64,000 nt of DNA from Rhizaria sp. SCN 62-66 (taxonomy: Eukaryota). A program made the translations under genes and the position numbers. The notes under the pieces are model-generated. The model searched no databases. It saw only the letters and a list, made by a program, of their open reading frames with translations, and was not told the origin of the DNA. Shown here piece by piece: positions 25,844 to 39,411 of this stretch. Within the stretch, counting starts at the first letter, position 1. Each line of letters opens with the position of its first letter. The stretch covers positions 62,001 through 126,000 of the forward strand of contig MEDY01000089.1 of NCBI GenBank assembly GCA_001724265.1, written 5' to 3'.

Positions 25844-28800
25844 TTAGCCACCCGACGGCCGGCCCTTGCCCTTCCCCTTACCGCCACCGCCGCCGCCGCC
25901 GCCCGCGGCTGCCTTGTCTGCCGAGGTGCCGTTGGCGCCGTCCCTGCTCACGATGGCCCCGAACATGGCCCTGTCAATGTCAACCTGCGCGCGCATGAGG
26001 CCCAGCTCGGCGAGCAGCGCCTCCTTGACCGGATCCACGGCGACCTTCTCGAGCACGAGCACACCCGGCAGGTTGTTGGTGGTCTGCACGATGCGCACGT
26101 GCGCGATGCGCCATAGCCCGCTCTGCCGCGCGACTTCGAGCGCCAGCAGCGAGCGCAGCACAAGCATGACGCAGCGCGCGCCTGGCTTGAGCACGCGCCA
26201 CGCCGAAGCGAGGAACTGGCCCAGCAGCTGCGTCTGGTCCGTCGCCGTGGCCGTGTGCTGCCCCCAGGGCGCATTGGTCACGATCGCGTCGACCGAGTCC
26301 GCGGGCAGCGCCGTGTGCAGCGCGCGCGCGTCGTGGTGTGCGAACCGCAGCGCGTGACCGACGCCCTCCGCGGCCGCGTTGGCGCGGGCGCCGCGGACGG
26401 CGCGGTTGTTGGCGTCCAGCCCGATAAGGCGCACTACGGTGCCGGCGCCCGTGTGCACGCCCGCGAAGGCCGACAGGACCTCCGCGGTCGTCGCCGCAGC
26501 CGCCGCCGCCGCCGCAGCAGCAGCAACAGGAGCGGCAGCAGTGTTCGCGTCCTTGCTCGAGATACCGCTAGTGGTATCGCTGGTGTGGGCGTCAGGGATG
26601 GGGAGCGCAGTCGGCGTTTGTAAGGGGGTCTGAGAGATATCCAGGTGCCCTACAAGCTCCTTGACCGCTTTACCAATGCTCTTGCTGCCAGTACCAGCGC
26701 CGTCCACGGTTGCCATTTGTGTTTGCGCCACGGCCGAGAGGTAGAGGCCGTCAGCGGCGGGCTTCTGCTGGTGCAGAAGCTGCGTCGGAGGGACACGGCT
26801 GGGCGCAGGGAAGACCGCGCTCACTTCAGCGCGCACAGCAGCAGCCTCGTCTTGCTCTGGTTTCTGCGTCGCGTTGTCTGAGGAGGGGCTTAGACTGCTG
26901 CTGGAAGGGAAATAGGGCGCGACGCCGAGCATGTACGCGGCCTCGGTCAGCACAGTGCCGCCGCCGCAGAACGGGTCCAGAATCGTGAGCGTGCGCGCAA
27001 CGGGGCCAGTGTACGCGCCCGGGGCGGTGTTGGGGCCGGGGGCAAAGGCCGCTGTGGGCAGGTCGTCGGGCGGGTAGACCGATAAAATGGACGAAAATGC
27101 ATTCACGTCAGACTCGTTCACGAAGCTTGTGTTCGCTGATGTGTCTAAGATCTGACTTGTCCGACTACAGCTCGCACTTGACGCATTATCGTCGCCCTGG
27201 CTGCCCACGGTGACTGCGCCGCCCGCGGTGCGGAAAGGTAGCGCCGCGGGCAGCATGCCCCGCCACATGCCGCGCCAGCCGTATCCGCGGCACGGCGCGA
27301 GGCTGCCGCAGTGCAGACAGGGCTCGTACAGCGCGAACCGAGCGGGCTCACCAGGCACGCGAGGCTCCGCAGTATCGTCGTTTGACTCACAGTCACAGTC
27401 ACCGTCAGCATCAGCGTTAGCGTCAGGGCGGGGCGAGATGAGCGTGCTCGAGGCGTAGGCCGCACTGCGCGTCTTGTCAAACAGCGAGCACTCCGCACTC
27501 GCGTCGTGCGCATCGTTGCTAATGTTGCTATTGTGGGTGTGGCCGCGCTTGACGCCGTGAGAGGCCGCGCTGAGCAGCGGGAGGTGCGCGGGCGTCGGAA
27601 ACGCGAGCAAAGACATGGCGCACGCGAGGTTGGTCTTGAGCGTCACGATGTTAATGAAGCTCTTCTTGTGCCTGCGCGAGAGCGGTTCCTGGCGGCCCAG
27701 CTGGGTACTCACGAGCACGAGAGCGTCGATGAAGTCGAGCCGCACGTTGACGTCGGGCGCCTCCATGTCGCAACTGAGCGCGTAAGCGTCCTGGAGGTAG
27801 CCGCCAACCTCAATCGCGGCCAGCGTCGACGTCAGCGCGCGGGCGTGATGACCCTGCCGGTGCGCGGTCACGCGGAACGTGCCCACCGTCTTCACTGGCG
27901 CAGTCGTCGTGCTGGGGGCGTCTTTGCTGCCGTCGGTAGAGCAACCGTGGCAGTCGCCGATCGAGGTCGCTGATGCGGCGGTAATGTCCGCCGGAGTCAG
28001 GGTGTACTTGCTGTTCTTCACTGCCTTGCCATTGCTATCCGCCTCAGTCTCACTCTCAGAGTCGGCATCTCGGTCGGCGTCAGAGTCTTGATCCTCGCCC
28101 TCAGCGTCCTCCTCCTCCTCATGTTCCTCGTCGTCATCATCGCGGCCATCGCCCTTCTCGGCCTTCCCATTACCCGCGCCCGCGCCGCCGCTCTTGCTGC
28201 CACTGCCGCGCGTGCCCTGCTTCGCGCGCGCGCGCACAGCCTCGGCCAGCACATGGCGCCGCACGATCTCGTCCACGCCCGCGGCATCCGCCACCGAGGC
28301 CGGGGGCGCGATAAAGCTAAGCCGCCCCAGACACGGCAGCACGGCGCGCGCCAGCACGTTCGCACTTTGGGTCCGGCTATCGCCAACACCGCCACCACCG
28401 CAGCTCTGAGCCTTGCTACTCTTGTTATTCTCACTCTTGAGAGCAGTGCTGCTGTTGTAGTGGTAGTCGGCGAGCAGCCGGAGCGTGGGGACGCCGCCGT
28501 AGTAGCTCAGCAGCCGGCGCGAAAGCTCGCCCAGCACGCGCTTCGCCTCGGCCTTCTCGGCGCGCGCGCGATCGCGGTCGCCGGCCTTGGCCTGCTCGCG
28601 GTCGAACGGGACTCCGGCCTTGGCCGCGGCCTGTTGTTGCACTTCTTTACTGGTGTTGTCCTGAGCAGTCAGGTTATGGTTGATGGGCAGTTGCAGGTGC
28701 GCGTGGTAGAGACCGACGGTGTGGATCGTACGCAGCTGCAGCAGCACGTCTTGCGCGAACTGCAGCAGCACGCCGAATGGTAGCACTGTGCCCTCGACCA

Positions 28801-30112
28801 CGGAGCCCGCGGGGAACAGATAGCTCACCTCACTGGCATTGCCGCTGCCGCTGCCACTACCAATGCTGTTGTTGTTGCACGCCAGGATAGAGTGCGGGGC
28901 GGTGGCGGGCCGCGCCAGTGCGCGCGCGTGCGCGCAGCCCGGGCGCGCGGGCGCCATTGTGAGGGGGCGGGGGGTGTGCGCGACGGGGAACAGGTCCGGC
29001 AGCGGCGCTGCGGCGGGCAGCGCAAACAACGAGTCGGGGTCGGCGTCAAAGGCTTCAGTGGGAACAGCGGTAGCGTCAGTGCGAGTGGAATCGCTGCGAC
29101 CATTGGTGCGGGCGTCGTCGTCGGTGACAGTGACAGGGAGCGGGCAGCGGAGGAAGGACGAGTCAAACAGGACGGGGTCGACGCAGTGCTCGCCCGCACT
29201 GCCATTTGCCGACGCCTCGGCTTCAGGAACATCGGCAGCAGCAACGGCAGCAGCAGTGTCACTCTTGGGATTCGTGTTGACATCAGTGTTTGCGACGTTG
29301 ACGCGGACCGTCTCACCAGTGGTGGCCGAGGCCAGCAGCCCCCGCATGGCGGCGTCGCCGCGGTAGACAACGGCGGGCCACTCGGCGAGCGTGACGGCGA
29401 CGACGCCGCGCATGCCCTGTAAGGCGGGCACTACAGACAGCGACGACGACGTCTGCGTGTGCGGTGTACATAGGGAAAGAACACAAAAGAAGAAGAGGAA
29501 GATGAACAAAGGAATTTGTGAGGTATATCATCGTTAAAGAAGGCATAACTTGAATAAAACGTGTCGTGATGATAGATCTATACAAATATAACAAACACTG
29601 GTTGAGTTATGATTCCTCAGTTATGATTCCTCAAGTTCATGATCAGTCATCGTATACAAGAGGTAACTCCGTACCTTGCGCCAGCCGCGTGCGCGTGCGA
29701 GGGCAAACAGCTCAATGCAGACCAGGTCCTCAATGCCGGGGTTGGTGGTGAGGATGAAGTGGATCAGCGGCGCAGTGGCAGTGCTACCGGCGCCGTTTGA
29801 CGCAGCGATAACAGCGTTGGCAGTGTTGGCGGCACCGATGGCAGAGGTCGGGATTGCAGTGACAGGGGGGTGGTAGGGCACAGAGGCCTCAACAAGACGG
29901 CTGCCGGCCGTCGCGGTCACGCCGCGCGCGGGTGCAACAGTGCCATAGCATCCGGCGCCGGTCTTACCGGCTCTGCTGCCGCTGCTGCAGGCGGCGGCGG
30001 AGGGGACCGACGGGGGCAGGAGGCTCGGGGCGGTGATGCCGATGGAGCTGGCCAAGAGTGCGTCACCTGCAAGCATAGAGTGCTCGCACGCGGGGCCAGA
30101 GGCAGCGGACAT
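25844..30112 (-). CDS. THUMP-domain tRNA guanine-N2 methyltransferase (THUMPD3/Trm14-like), about 1348 aa, 2 exons
   Basis: Exons 30112-29675 and 29452-25844; intron GTACGG...CGCAG. FILTTNPGIE, THUMP segment TFRVTAHRQGHH...IEVGGYL...DMEAPDVNVRL, LSRRH...TLKTNLA, SAM motif ILDPFCGGGTVLTEAA, IGLD, IVTNAPWG. Stop TAA. Confidence 0.88.
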
Positions 30113-30676
30113 CGTATGCACAAGGTTGCAGAAGCAAAGCTGTTGTTGCAGACTTTGTGGACGACGGGGAGGGGAGATTGACCCGGCTCACAAAGAGGGT
30201 GCCAGGCTGTCGCGCAAAGAGGAGATATAAAGCCCAAGATAAAGACCTATGAGTGCATAATTTCAATATAATATAGAAGTAAGATACGATTATACGAGAC
30301 CCATAGAGTGAATCTATCTGACGACGGAGTTGTGGTGTACAGCTGGGATGATGAAGCTACCACAAACCTCGGCCTGGCCTCGGCAGTGGTGGGGCGACGG
30401 GCAAGGCTGACTCCGCTTTGGTTTCGCCGAGTAGTTCACCGCTTTATGACCACAACCGAGCTTCGGCGTTTACCTGTAAGATTATCCAACTAATGGACAA
30501 TTTTATTTTCTTAGATCACTTTGTAAACACGACTTTTGACGACGATATCCTTACTCGGAGGAAGCGAAAGCAACGAAACGCCTTCTCCTTCTTTCACCTG
30601 TGCATACTGTCACTCACATAACATCTCTAACAAATTCCTTTTTACCATGACTTATAAACATAGTTCTCATCCCCAG

Positions 30677-33600
30677 ATGAGCACAACCCCAAACAACAGG
30701 CCTCCGCCGCCGACCGCAAACGTACGTCTTTCACCTTCCCACCCTCACGCCACTCCACTTTCCCTCTCTGCCATACTCGCTATCTGACATCTATAACCAT
30801 TGTGCCTTATATCCGACTAAAATTCCCTTTTGATATCCTCATATATTGCGTAAATTTTGCGTTTCACGCTATAGCCCCGCGGTTCCGTCGCCTCCGCGCC
30901 CCCCGTCGCGCCCCCGCCCGCCCGCGGCAACCGCGGCAGCGTCACCCCTAACGCTCACAACGCTGGGCCGAGCAACATCGTGCACAACGGCGCCGCGGGC
31001 GCGCCCGTGGCCGGCGGCGAGCTGGAGGGCGACATGCAGGGCTTGACCGAGCTCAGTGACGGCGACGACGACTTGGACGAGACCCTTGATACCACTGCCG
31101 CAAGTCCCAGCAGCGCCAACGGCAACGGCAACGGCAGCGGCACTCCTGTGTCCCCCAACTCTGCCGCTAACGGCGCCGGCGCTGGCGCTGCCGCTGCTGG
31201 CGCATCAAGCGGTAAGCGGACGTTTGTGCTGAAGCCCAAAGGCAAGACTGGCCCCGTCGAGGGCGAAGTCAGCCCCCAGAACAACGCGGCGAAGCTCGAC
31301 AGCGTCGAGGATGTGAACACAGAGCCCCCGCTTCAACAGCAGCAGCAGCAGCAGCAGCAGCTGGCTGAGCCCAGCAAGGCGGCCCCCGTTGCCGCGGGTG
31401 CTGCCGCGGGCGCGGGCGCGGGTGCCGCGGTGGCTGTGGCTGCGGCGAAGCAGGAGAGCGCCAAGGACCGCGAGAAGCGCGAGAAGGCGGAGCGTGCGGC
31501 GCTGGAGAAGCAAGAGAAGGAGGCCAAGGCGTTGAAGGAGAAGCAGGATAAGGAGGCCCGGGAGCTCAAGGAGAAGCAGGACAAGGAGGCCAAAGCCGCG
31601 AAGGAGAAGGCTGATAAGGAGGCGCGCGAGGCCAAGGAGAAGCAAGAGAGAGACGAGAAGGCGGCTAAGGAGAAGGCGGATAAAGAGGATGCGAAGCAGC
31701 GCGAGGAGCAGGAGAAGCAGGACAAGGAGGCCAAGGAGAAGGCCGACAAGGAGGCCGCCAAGGACAAGGAGCGGCGCGAGAAGGAGGAGAAGGAGGCCAA
31801 GGAGAAACACGAGAAGGAGATCGCCAAGGCCAACGAGAAGGCGGCCAAGGAGGAAAAGGAGGCCAAGGAGAAGCAGGAGAAGGAGATTGCTAAGGCGAAC
31901 GAGAAGGCTGCAAAGGAGGAGAAGGAGGCTAAGCTCAAGGCCGAGAAAGACGCCGCCAAGGAGAAGGAGCGGCTGGAGAAGGAAGCCAAAGCCGCCGCGG
32001 ACAAGGCCGCCGCCGACGCCGCCGCGGCCGCCGCGGCCGCCGCGCTGGCCACGGGCACCGCGGCCGCGCTGGCTGCCACGACTGTCTACTTGGACCGCGA
32101 AAAGTCGTATGTGCAGGAAAAGGCCGTGGGCGTTGACTCGCTGCAACGGTGGCACATCGGCATGCTGGCCTACTTCACGGCGCAGCGCAAGCCCTTTCTG
32201 CAGCGGTTGGCGCTCGCGGCGGCGCGGCTCGACGCCGGCACGCTCGTGCTGCAGCGCGCGCGTGAGCAGCTCGGCGAGCTCGAGCAGATGCATCAGGTAC
32301 GATTTGCATCGATAGAACATTATCTCGCCAATTTGTGATATTCTAATTCATTTCATTCACATTGGGCACACTTCTCCCGTTTCTATATCCCGCAAACGTC
32401 TCATGTATATGTTGCTTCTCCTTCGCGCTTTGCTTTTCTTGTCACAGGGCGCTATGAAGCGCGCGCAGTCGAACTCACTGCTCTTCCACGGCCACACTGC
32501 GACGGCGGGCACGGCGCCGCGGCTGCCCGAGTCAATGCTGGGCGACTCGTCGGCCCGGGCTCTCGGCGCGCTGTCGGGCATGGCGGCCGCGTCCGTTACA
32601 CACCACACCGTGGCCGCGGCCAAGATCGCCGCCGCGCGCGAGGCCATCGCGGCGCTGCTCAAGGGCTACGATGGCAAGGGCCGCGGCGAGCTGGCTGCGG
32701 CGGAGAAGCTCAGCGCACTCTGTGACGCGGGCGTCAAGCAGGTTGACCAGGTATGGCGCACTACGCTAACTGTCGCAATTTCATAGACGAGATATGTCTT
32801 GATGTCAATCATCTCTAGGCTAGAGTTGTAAAGTAAATTTGTATCAATATCTACCGTTTCACATTGAATTCAGCGAAATCTCACTAATTATGGTGATAAA
32901 TCCTCACCTTTCTGTTTTGTTCTGCATCATACGCGCACACAGACGTTCGACAAGCACATGGCGATCCACACGACGCACCACGACATCCTGCACACTACGC
33001 CCGCGGCCAAGGGCGAGGTGGAGACGCTGGACAAGCTCTCGTCCTCGCGCAAGGACCTGTGGCGCAGCGAGTACAAGTACCGCGCCCGCGTGCTCGAGCT
33101 GACTGAGCAGCACGCCGCCTTCGCCAACGCGGCAAACCAGACGCTCGAGACGATCGCGAGCCTCGAGGCCGCGCGCGCGCAGCAACTGCACGGCGTTGTC
33201 ATGGGCGCGCTCGAGGCGCACGCCGTGGGTGCCGCCGCGGTCTCCACGGCCGCCGCGCTCGCCGTCGACGCCGCGCGCCGCGGGACGGACGAGGCGCGCG
33301 CTCACGTGGCACAGCGCGAGGGCCGCGGCGCTGGCGCGCTGGCGCAGGCGCAGGCGCCCGAGCTGGACCGGTCGCCCTCGGCCGTGAAGCTCATGCGTCG
33401 TGCGTCGCAGCTTAACGTTGAGTCGCCCAGCAACTGCAGCCGCCGCTCCGTGTCTGGCCTTACTCCGGAGGCCGCCGCGGCCAGTCAGGCGGCGCAATCA
33501 GCGACCGCCGCCAAGGCCGCGGCCGCCGCCGCCGCGGCGGCGCCGAGCAGCCCCAGCAGCGGCAGCAGCAGCCTGAGCGGCAATGGCAGCGGCGTGATCG

Positions 33601-34076
33601 CGGCGGACCCCAGCGTGCCGAAGCCGGGCCCGTTCCCGCCCAACGTGAACCTGATCATCGCGGGGCGCATCGAGCGTGAGACGAGCTTCTGGAAGAAGCT
33701 GCTGCCCGTGTACTGCGTGCTGACCAAGGACAAATTCTTCTACATCTATTCGATGGATGACGTCGACTTGACGAGCAAGACGAACGAGATCATGGGCGGC
33801 GGCACCTTCTCCACGGCCACCACCAAGGACCCCACCGCGGTGCGCTTCGCGCTCAAGCAGGGCAAGGCCATCGACGACGCTGAGAAGGTCGCCGACGCCT
33901 TCTACCTTACGGCCACGCAACAGGAGGGCAAGGACATGTTCGAGCTCGTGTATGCACCGCCCGGTGTGTTCACAAGCGGTTGGAAGTTCAACTTCAAGTG
34001 CGCGACCGTAAAGGACGCCGCCGACTGGGTCGAGGCCATCAACGCGCACAAGAAGGTTGTCATGCCCAAGAAGTAA
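30677..34076 (+). CDS. Protein with E/K-rich helical repeat, BAR-like helical region and C-terminal PH domain (Slm1-like architecture), about 967 aa, 4 exons
   Basis: Exons 30677-30721, 30875-32296, 32448-32750, 32943-34076; all three introns are phase-0 GT-AG. PH signature IAGRIERETSFWKKLLPVYCVLTKDKFFYIY...FKCATVKDAADWVEAIN. The BAR assignment is inferred from helical character. Stop TAA. Confidence 0.75.
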
Positions 34077-34818
34077 AGAGCGCGCGCGCACGCGTAGAAG
34101 TTAAGCCGCGCTGCGTTTTATGTGCGTCTGTGTGTGGGAGATAATGAGGCTTAAACCGTCGTGGTGTTGCCTTATCTCTTCGTTTCAGTTTGTCATTACG
34201 CTTATCCCAAAATGCTCGAGCACCCGTTGTTGATGATGGATCTCAGAGGTTTCGTCAAACGAGATGATATCCTTTTGTTCACAATGTGCATCAAGTGTTT
34301 TATAATGCCTAATTATCCTTTGTTACGTACGTTATATCTTTTTGTTTATTGTTGGTTTTGTTTTGTTACTTTTTCCTCCTTATTGTCTACTAACTAAGGC
34401 TACGATAATGCTGTCTTTTTGGTATTATCATGTCACCGGTTGTAATAAAAAACTAATACCGAGTTGTTTTTGTTACAATACAGTTATATCTGTTGTAATT
34501 GTAACTTTGAAACACTGTAGTGTCTACTATCAATAGTATATGTCTTCGTAATATACTCCTAAGTCATCGCGTTTAGTCCAAGCGTAACGACGGTGCGTAT
34601 AATCGATTCAATACGTAGTACGTACAGTAATTAGTAACATGATATCAAGATATATCTGGTAAGGGTAAGGTTTAAAATCAAGAATTATAATGATGAACAC
34701 ACACTGAAATGCAAAATAAAACATAATTCCTCAAGTAATATTCTTTCGGACATTATCGCCCACTTCTTTCACTGTCACCGCCATTGAACACAGTTTTCAC
34801 CGCCATTGATAACTCCAG

Positions 34819-37800
34819 TTATGGGTCGCTGCAGAACTTGCACTCGCAAGTCGCGTTAATATGGGGCACCACAATCGCACACTCATCTTGCCAGCCCAAC
34901 CACTCGTTACTGGCACGAATACTCGCGCACACACTGCCGTTTACGCCTGTGCTCTCGCTAGCAACACTGGAGATGTGAGAACGCAAGCTAAGAGAACCCG
35001 CCCTTGCAGACGTGTTTGCGCTCGCGACATAGGCCACGGCGGCGCTGTCGACAGCAGCAACAATTTTCGCCGCCGTAGTCTCCGCCATGCTGATCTCGCC
35101 GCCCACGGTCGCCCCCGTCGCCGTGTTGATGTCGTTGATGTGGCCGACGCCGGCGTAGACCGCGATCGTCAGCAGCGCGGGAAACGGCAACTGCGACAAA
35201 CCCCCCACAGGACGCTTCTTGACGGAGTCAACGTGACTCTGGGCAGCAGAAGACTGGCCGTCAAAGCGAGCGTTCTTAGGGCTGGGCTTGGCCGACATGT
35301 GATTGCCACTGCGGCTGAAGAACAGCGCAGGCAAGTGCGGTGCTGGGTCCGCCTGAAAGGCGGCGGCATTGGGTCTCGCGCCATCTGCCGCAGCCGCGGC
35401 AGCAAGCGCGAGCCCGGTTTGCGGCTGGGGCAGCTGCGCGTGCGCAAAGAGCGAGGGCGACGGCGTGAAGAAGTACGATAGTGCATTGGGCACTGACAAC
35501 GGCACGGCAACAGACTGCTCGCAGTCGGTTTGCTGCGCGCGCTCACAGTCATTCTGCTGCTCACAGTCGCTGTCGTCGGAGTCGTCATGCATCACGGTCG
35601 TTACGGCTACCTGCTGCTCACAGTCACTTGCATGCCGCTCCTCGCAGTGGTTGCTGGGGCTCTTAGAATGCGCGTTTGCACTCGCGATGGGTGGAGTGTT
35701 AGAGTGTCCACTTGCAATACCGCTCCTGTCAGTGATATATGTAACCTCAGGTGCAGCTAGAGACCCGACCGAGGTGGCCCTAGCAACAGTACTGTTACGA
35801 CTGCTATGGTGTGTCGCGCTGTGATATGAAGAGGACGGTGTGAGATACGTCTCAAATCCGCCACTTAGACAGCTACTTAGTCCGGAGCCATAGCCACTTA
35901 CACTGCTAGACGTTGGAGCTGAGAGCACGTCCACAAAGAGACCGCTTGCAAACGTGCTGACGCAGGTTGACAGCGTGCTCTGCTCATCACCGCTGCCGTA
36001 GTCCCCGCCAAACAGACTGCTCGCGCTGGCGGCGCTTGCACTCTGGCGCTGCTGCCACAGCTGCTGCTGCCGCTGCTGACGTTGTTGCTGCTGCATTTGC
36101 TGCTGCTGCAGCTGCACCTGTTCCTGCTGAATTTGCTCCTGCAGAGCCGCCGCCTGCTCCTCCTGCGCCAGCCTTACCAGTACGCAGAGCCACTGCCAAA
36201 CCCGGCCGCGGCCCCCCCAGCACACGCCACGGTGCAGCGCGCGGACCCCCGCCACGGACAGCGGCCCGTACTTGCGTGGCAGCACCAGCGGCGCGCCGTG
36301 CGCTGCGAGCACGGTAACGGATCGCCAGGGGGAGGCGAGCTCGCGTGGGAGGGCGCCGACGGCGTGGCACGAGGGGGCGGTGGAAGTTAGGCCGCGGCGA
36401 TGCGGGGAAGATAGGCCGCCCGGGGTTGTGTTGGTTACGGGGCTTGCGTCATTGTTCTTATTGGTTTTGTTGCTTGAAGCAGCAAGAAGAACGCAGCAGC
36501 AGCCCTGAAGATCACGCAACGCGCCAGAGCTACCCGTGCAACCACTCATACTATTGTTGCTGTTCTTTGTACAAGCACTAGGTTTGTGAGCAACAGTAGG
36601 TACCGCGCTTGTAGCAGCGGTAACTGCAGCCGACGAAGATGCGGCCGCAACGGTTGCGGCGAACTTTCGGCTGGCCGCAGCGTAGCTGTCGCTATCAAGC
36701 GTGCTGCTCTTGGAGCTGAAAGTGTTCAGGTCGGCACTCGCCACGCTGTTGGACTGCGCACTTAGACTAGGAGCACTATGTAGCCGCATTCCAAGACCTG
36801 CACTAAGAGGAGAGTGCGAGGTCTGATTCTGGGTACTTAGACTGCGGTACGCGCTTGGAGCTAATGAGGTAGTTAGACTGCCGTTTGCAGCACGGTACTC
36901 CGTCCATGTGAGGGGAATCCTTAGCTCCCGCGCCAGGTCAAACGGTTTGACTGACACAGTCTCGCTAAGTACCCGCTGTGACGCGTGTAAGTACCCGCGA
37001 TGCTGCTGTATGTACTCCTTGAAATACGCGCTCCGCAGATTTGCGGCGGCGACAATACGCGCGCCAGCGCTGAGAGCAACTACACTGGCAGCAGTCTGGC
37101 CCACGGTTGAGAGAGAGCCCGCATTCGATCCAGCGTTTGCTGCTGCCGCCAAGTAGTGCCAAAGCCCTGGAAACGGCAGCGGGATCTGTAGCGGCCGCGT
37201 GTGCTCGCAATCGCTCTGCTGCAGCCGCTGGCCGCGGTCCGAGGCGCGCCCGTCGTGCGCGTGGCTCCGGAGCTCGCAGTCGGCGGTGCCGGTGCAGCCC
37301 GAGTCCCACCGGTTCCACAGCAGCAGGCGCCGAACGCGCTCGCACCGGGCGCGCTCGGCCGCGGCGGCGGACGGCTGCTGCTCTGCGGTGGCGGGGTCTG
37401 GGTGAGGCTCCGCAGTGATGTCGGCGTTTAAGATGCTGCGAGGGAAAGAGCTTCTGTTGGTGATCGCGCCGCTGTTGATGTTATTCCTGCTCTTGTTGCC
37501 GCCATCAGCAGGTGCGGCGGCGTAGGTGGTTGTTGACCGACGCAAAATGTCACTTAATGCACGCTCAACTGTCTCGGACGCAGAGACATCCCTACGGAAC
37601 TCCTCGAGAACTACCCCACTAGCGCTGATGGGAAAAATGCGGCTGTAGTGAGGACGACAACGCTTGATCACTGGCTCCAAGTCGTCGATGCAGTCCAGCG
37701 CATGGTCTGTGCGGCTGCGGGTAGTGTTAATAGCATCATCAGCACGATGACAAGAGTTGCAAACACCGCTCATAGCGGGGGCCACTTCGCCACTAGTGCC

Positions 37801-39411
37801 GACGTCTGCGCCCGCAGCGTGCGAGCAGGTGGCAGCGTGAAAGCGCGCCATGTCTCTGTGCGTAACCGTAAGCACCACCGTTTTGGTGAAGGCAAGCGCT
37901 TTGAGGCACAGCTCAGCCTGTGTCACACTCACAGTTTCTGTAGCACTCGCAAATGTATGCGGCACGCTTGCGCCACCTTCAGGAGATCTAGCAACAGCCA
38001 CGCCGCCCGCGTACATTGGCGCCACGCAGTACTGCACTGTTGCCGCAACAGCTCTTAGCGCACGGCTTACAGAGCAGACCCAGCCAGTCGCAGGGGAGCT
38101 CTCTGCGTCGTCATTGCTGGGGCCGGGACCAGGGGCCGGACGAACATTTGCTGCGCAGGGTGTAAACTGAAGCAAAGCAATCTCCCAGTTGGTACTCAAG
38201 CCAAACTTAGGGCTGACAAGATACAGTGTGTACGCACCGTCAGCCCCAATAAAGGCGTCGTCTGAGTGAGAGTGGCACAGCTTGTTAGACAGGCGCACTA
38301 GCGGGTGCATCTGACTCGGCCACTGCTGCTGACGTAGTAGCTGCTGCAGAGCCGCTCCCCGCTGTACCTGGGACTGCGGCTGTGCGCGGTACCGCGAGGA
38401 TAACATCAACTCATCGCTGTCGTCATCAAGGTGCTGAGGCGAGAACACGCGGGTAACGACAGACTGCGAATGCACTTGCGAGGACGCTCTTATGACCGCA
38501 ACCGCACTTAGCACGTCCTGCCTCGTGTTCAAGTTGCGGACGGAGTCTTGCAAAGACACCCGCCGCAAACCCACGCCAAGTCCCTCTGCAAGCGCGTCGC
38601 TTGCACCAAGCCCTATCCCGTCGTAACCCGGCGCAGCCGCAGTCCGGGCGCCCCCGAAGCCCCACGCTGCAGAGCTCCATGCCGCGCCGTCTCGGCCCTG
38701 CGAGAGCAGCGAGCTCAGCGGCACGTCGTCTTCTTCGGTGGTGTTTTCGTGCCTGATTGCGGCCTTGACGGCACAGCCCAGCGGCGGCAGCCCGCAGCCG
38801 CCGAGCGTGGTGAGGTCCGGCAGCCCAGTCGCGAGCAGCACGTGCAGCGCGTCGGCGCTGCCCGAGCACGCGGACAGCGTCAGCGCGGTCCACTGGCGGT
38901 ACCGCGCAGCGTTAAAGAAAACGCGCTTGGCGGCGAGGAGCTCAGCGGCGGACGGGGCCATGGGCGGCGGGGGCGGAAGCGAGAGAGGAGATGATAGGTC
39001 GAGCGAGAGGGAGCAGCTGAGGCTCTCAGTCGAGGTCTGAATATGCATCAAACAAAAAGGATCAAGTTACAATAATACATATTTTTTTTAGTTAGAAATG
39101 ATTGATTTAACAAGTATTTCTTGAAGTGATGCAAATATAAGCTTGTAACGTACCATGGTGAGCCTTTTGAAGTTTGATGTGGCGCTAACTTGAAGCTGTT
39201 GCTGACCTCCTTGCTTCGGTGAGTGACTGCTGTGTGCTGAAAGAAAGTCGCTCGACTCAAAAAAAGCATTGCACTTATTTACAACTGTTTGGACAACAGC
39301 TGAATCGCCAAGAATAACCGCAAAGTCAAGTGCAGACAGTCCAATGCTGTCTTGAGCTGTTGGATCTGAGCACTCCTCCACGTCTGGTATAGACCACCGA
39401 GTTAGACTCAT
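34819..39411 (-). CDS. Large protein of unknown function with degenerate N-terminal ankyrin-like repeats, about 1491 aa, 2 exons
   Basis: Exons 39411-39154 and 39036-34819; intron GTACGT...TTCAG, phase 0. Ankyrin-like QDSIGLSALDFAVILGDSAVVQTVV and QWTALTLSACSGSADALHVLLATG...GLPPLGCAV. Stop TAA. Confidence 0.65.
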
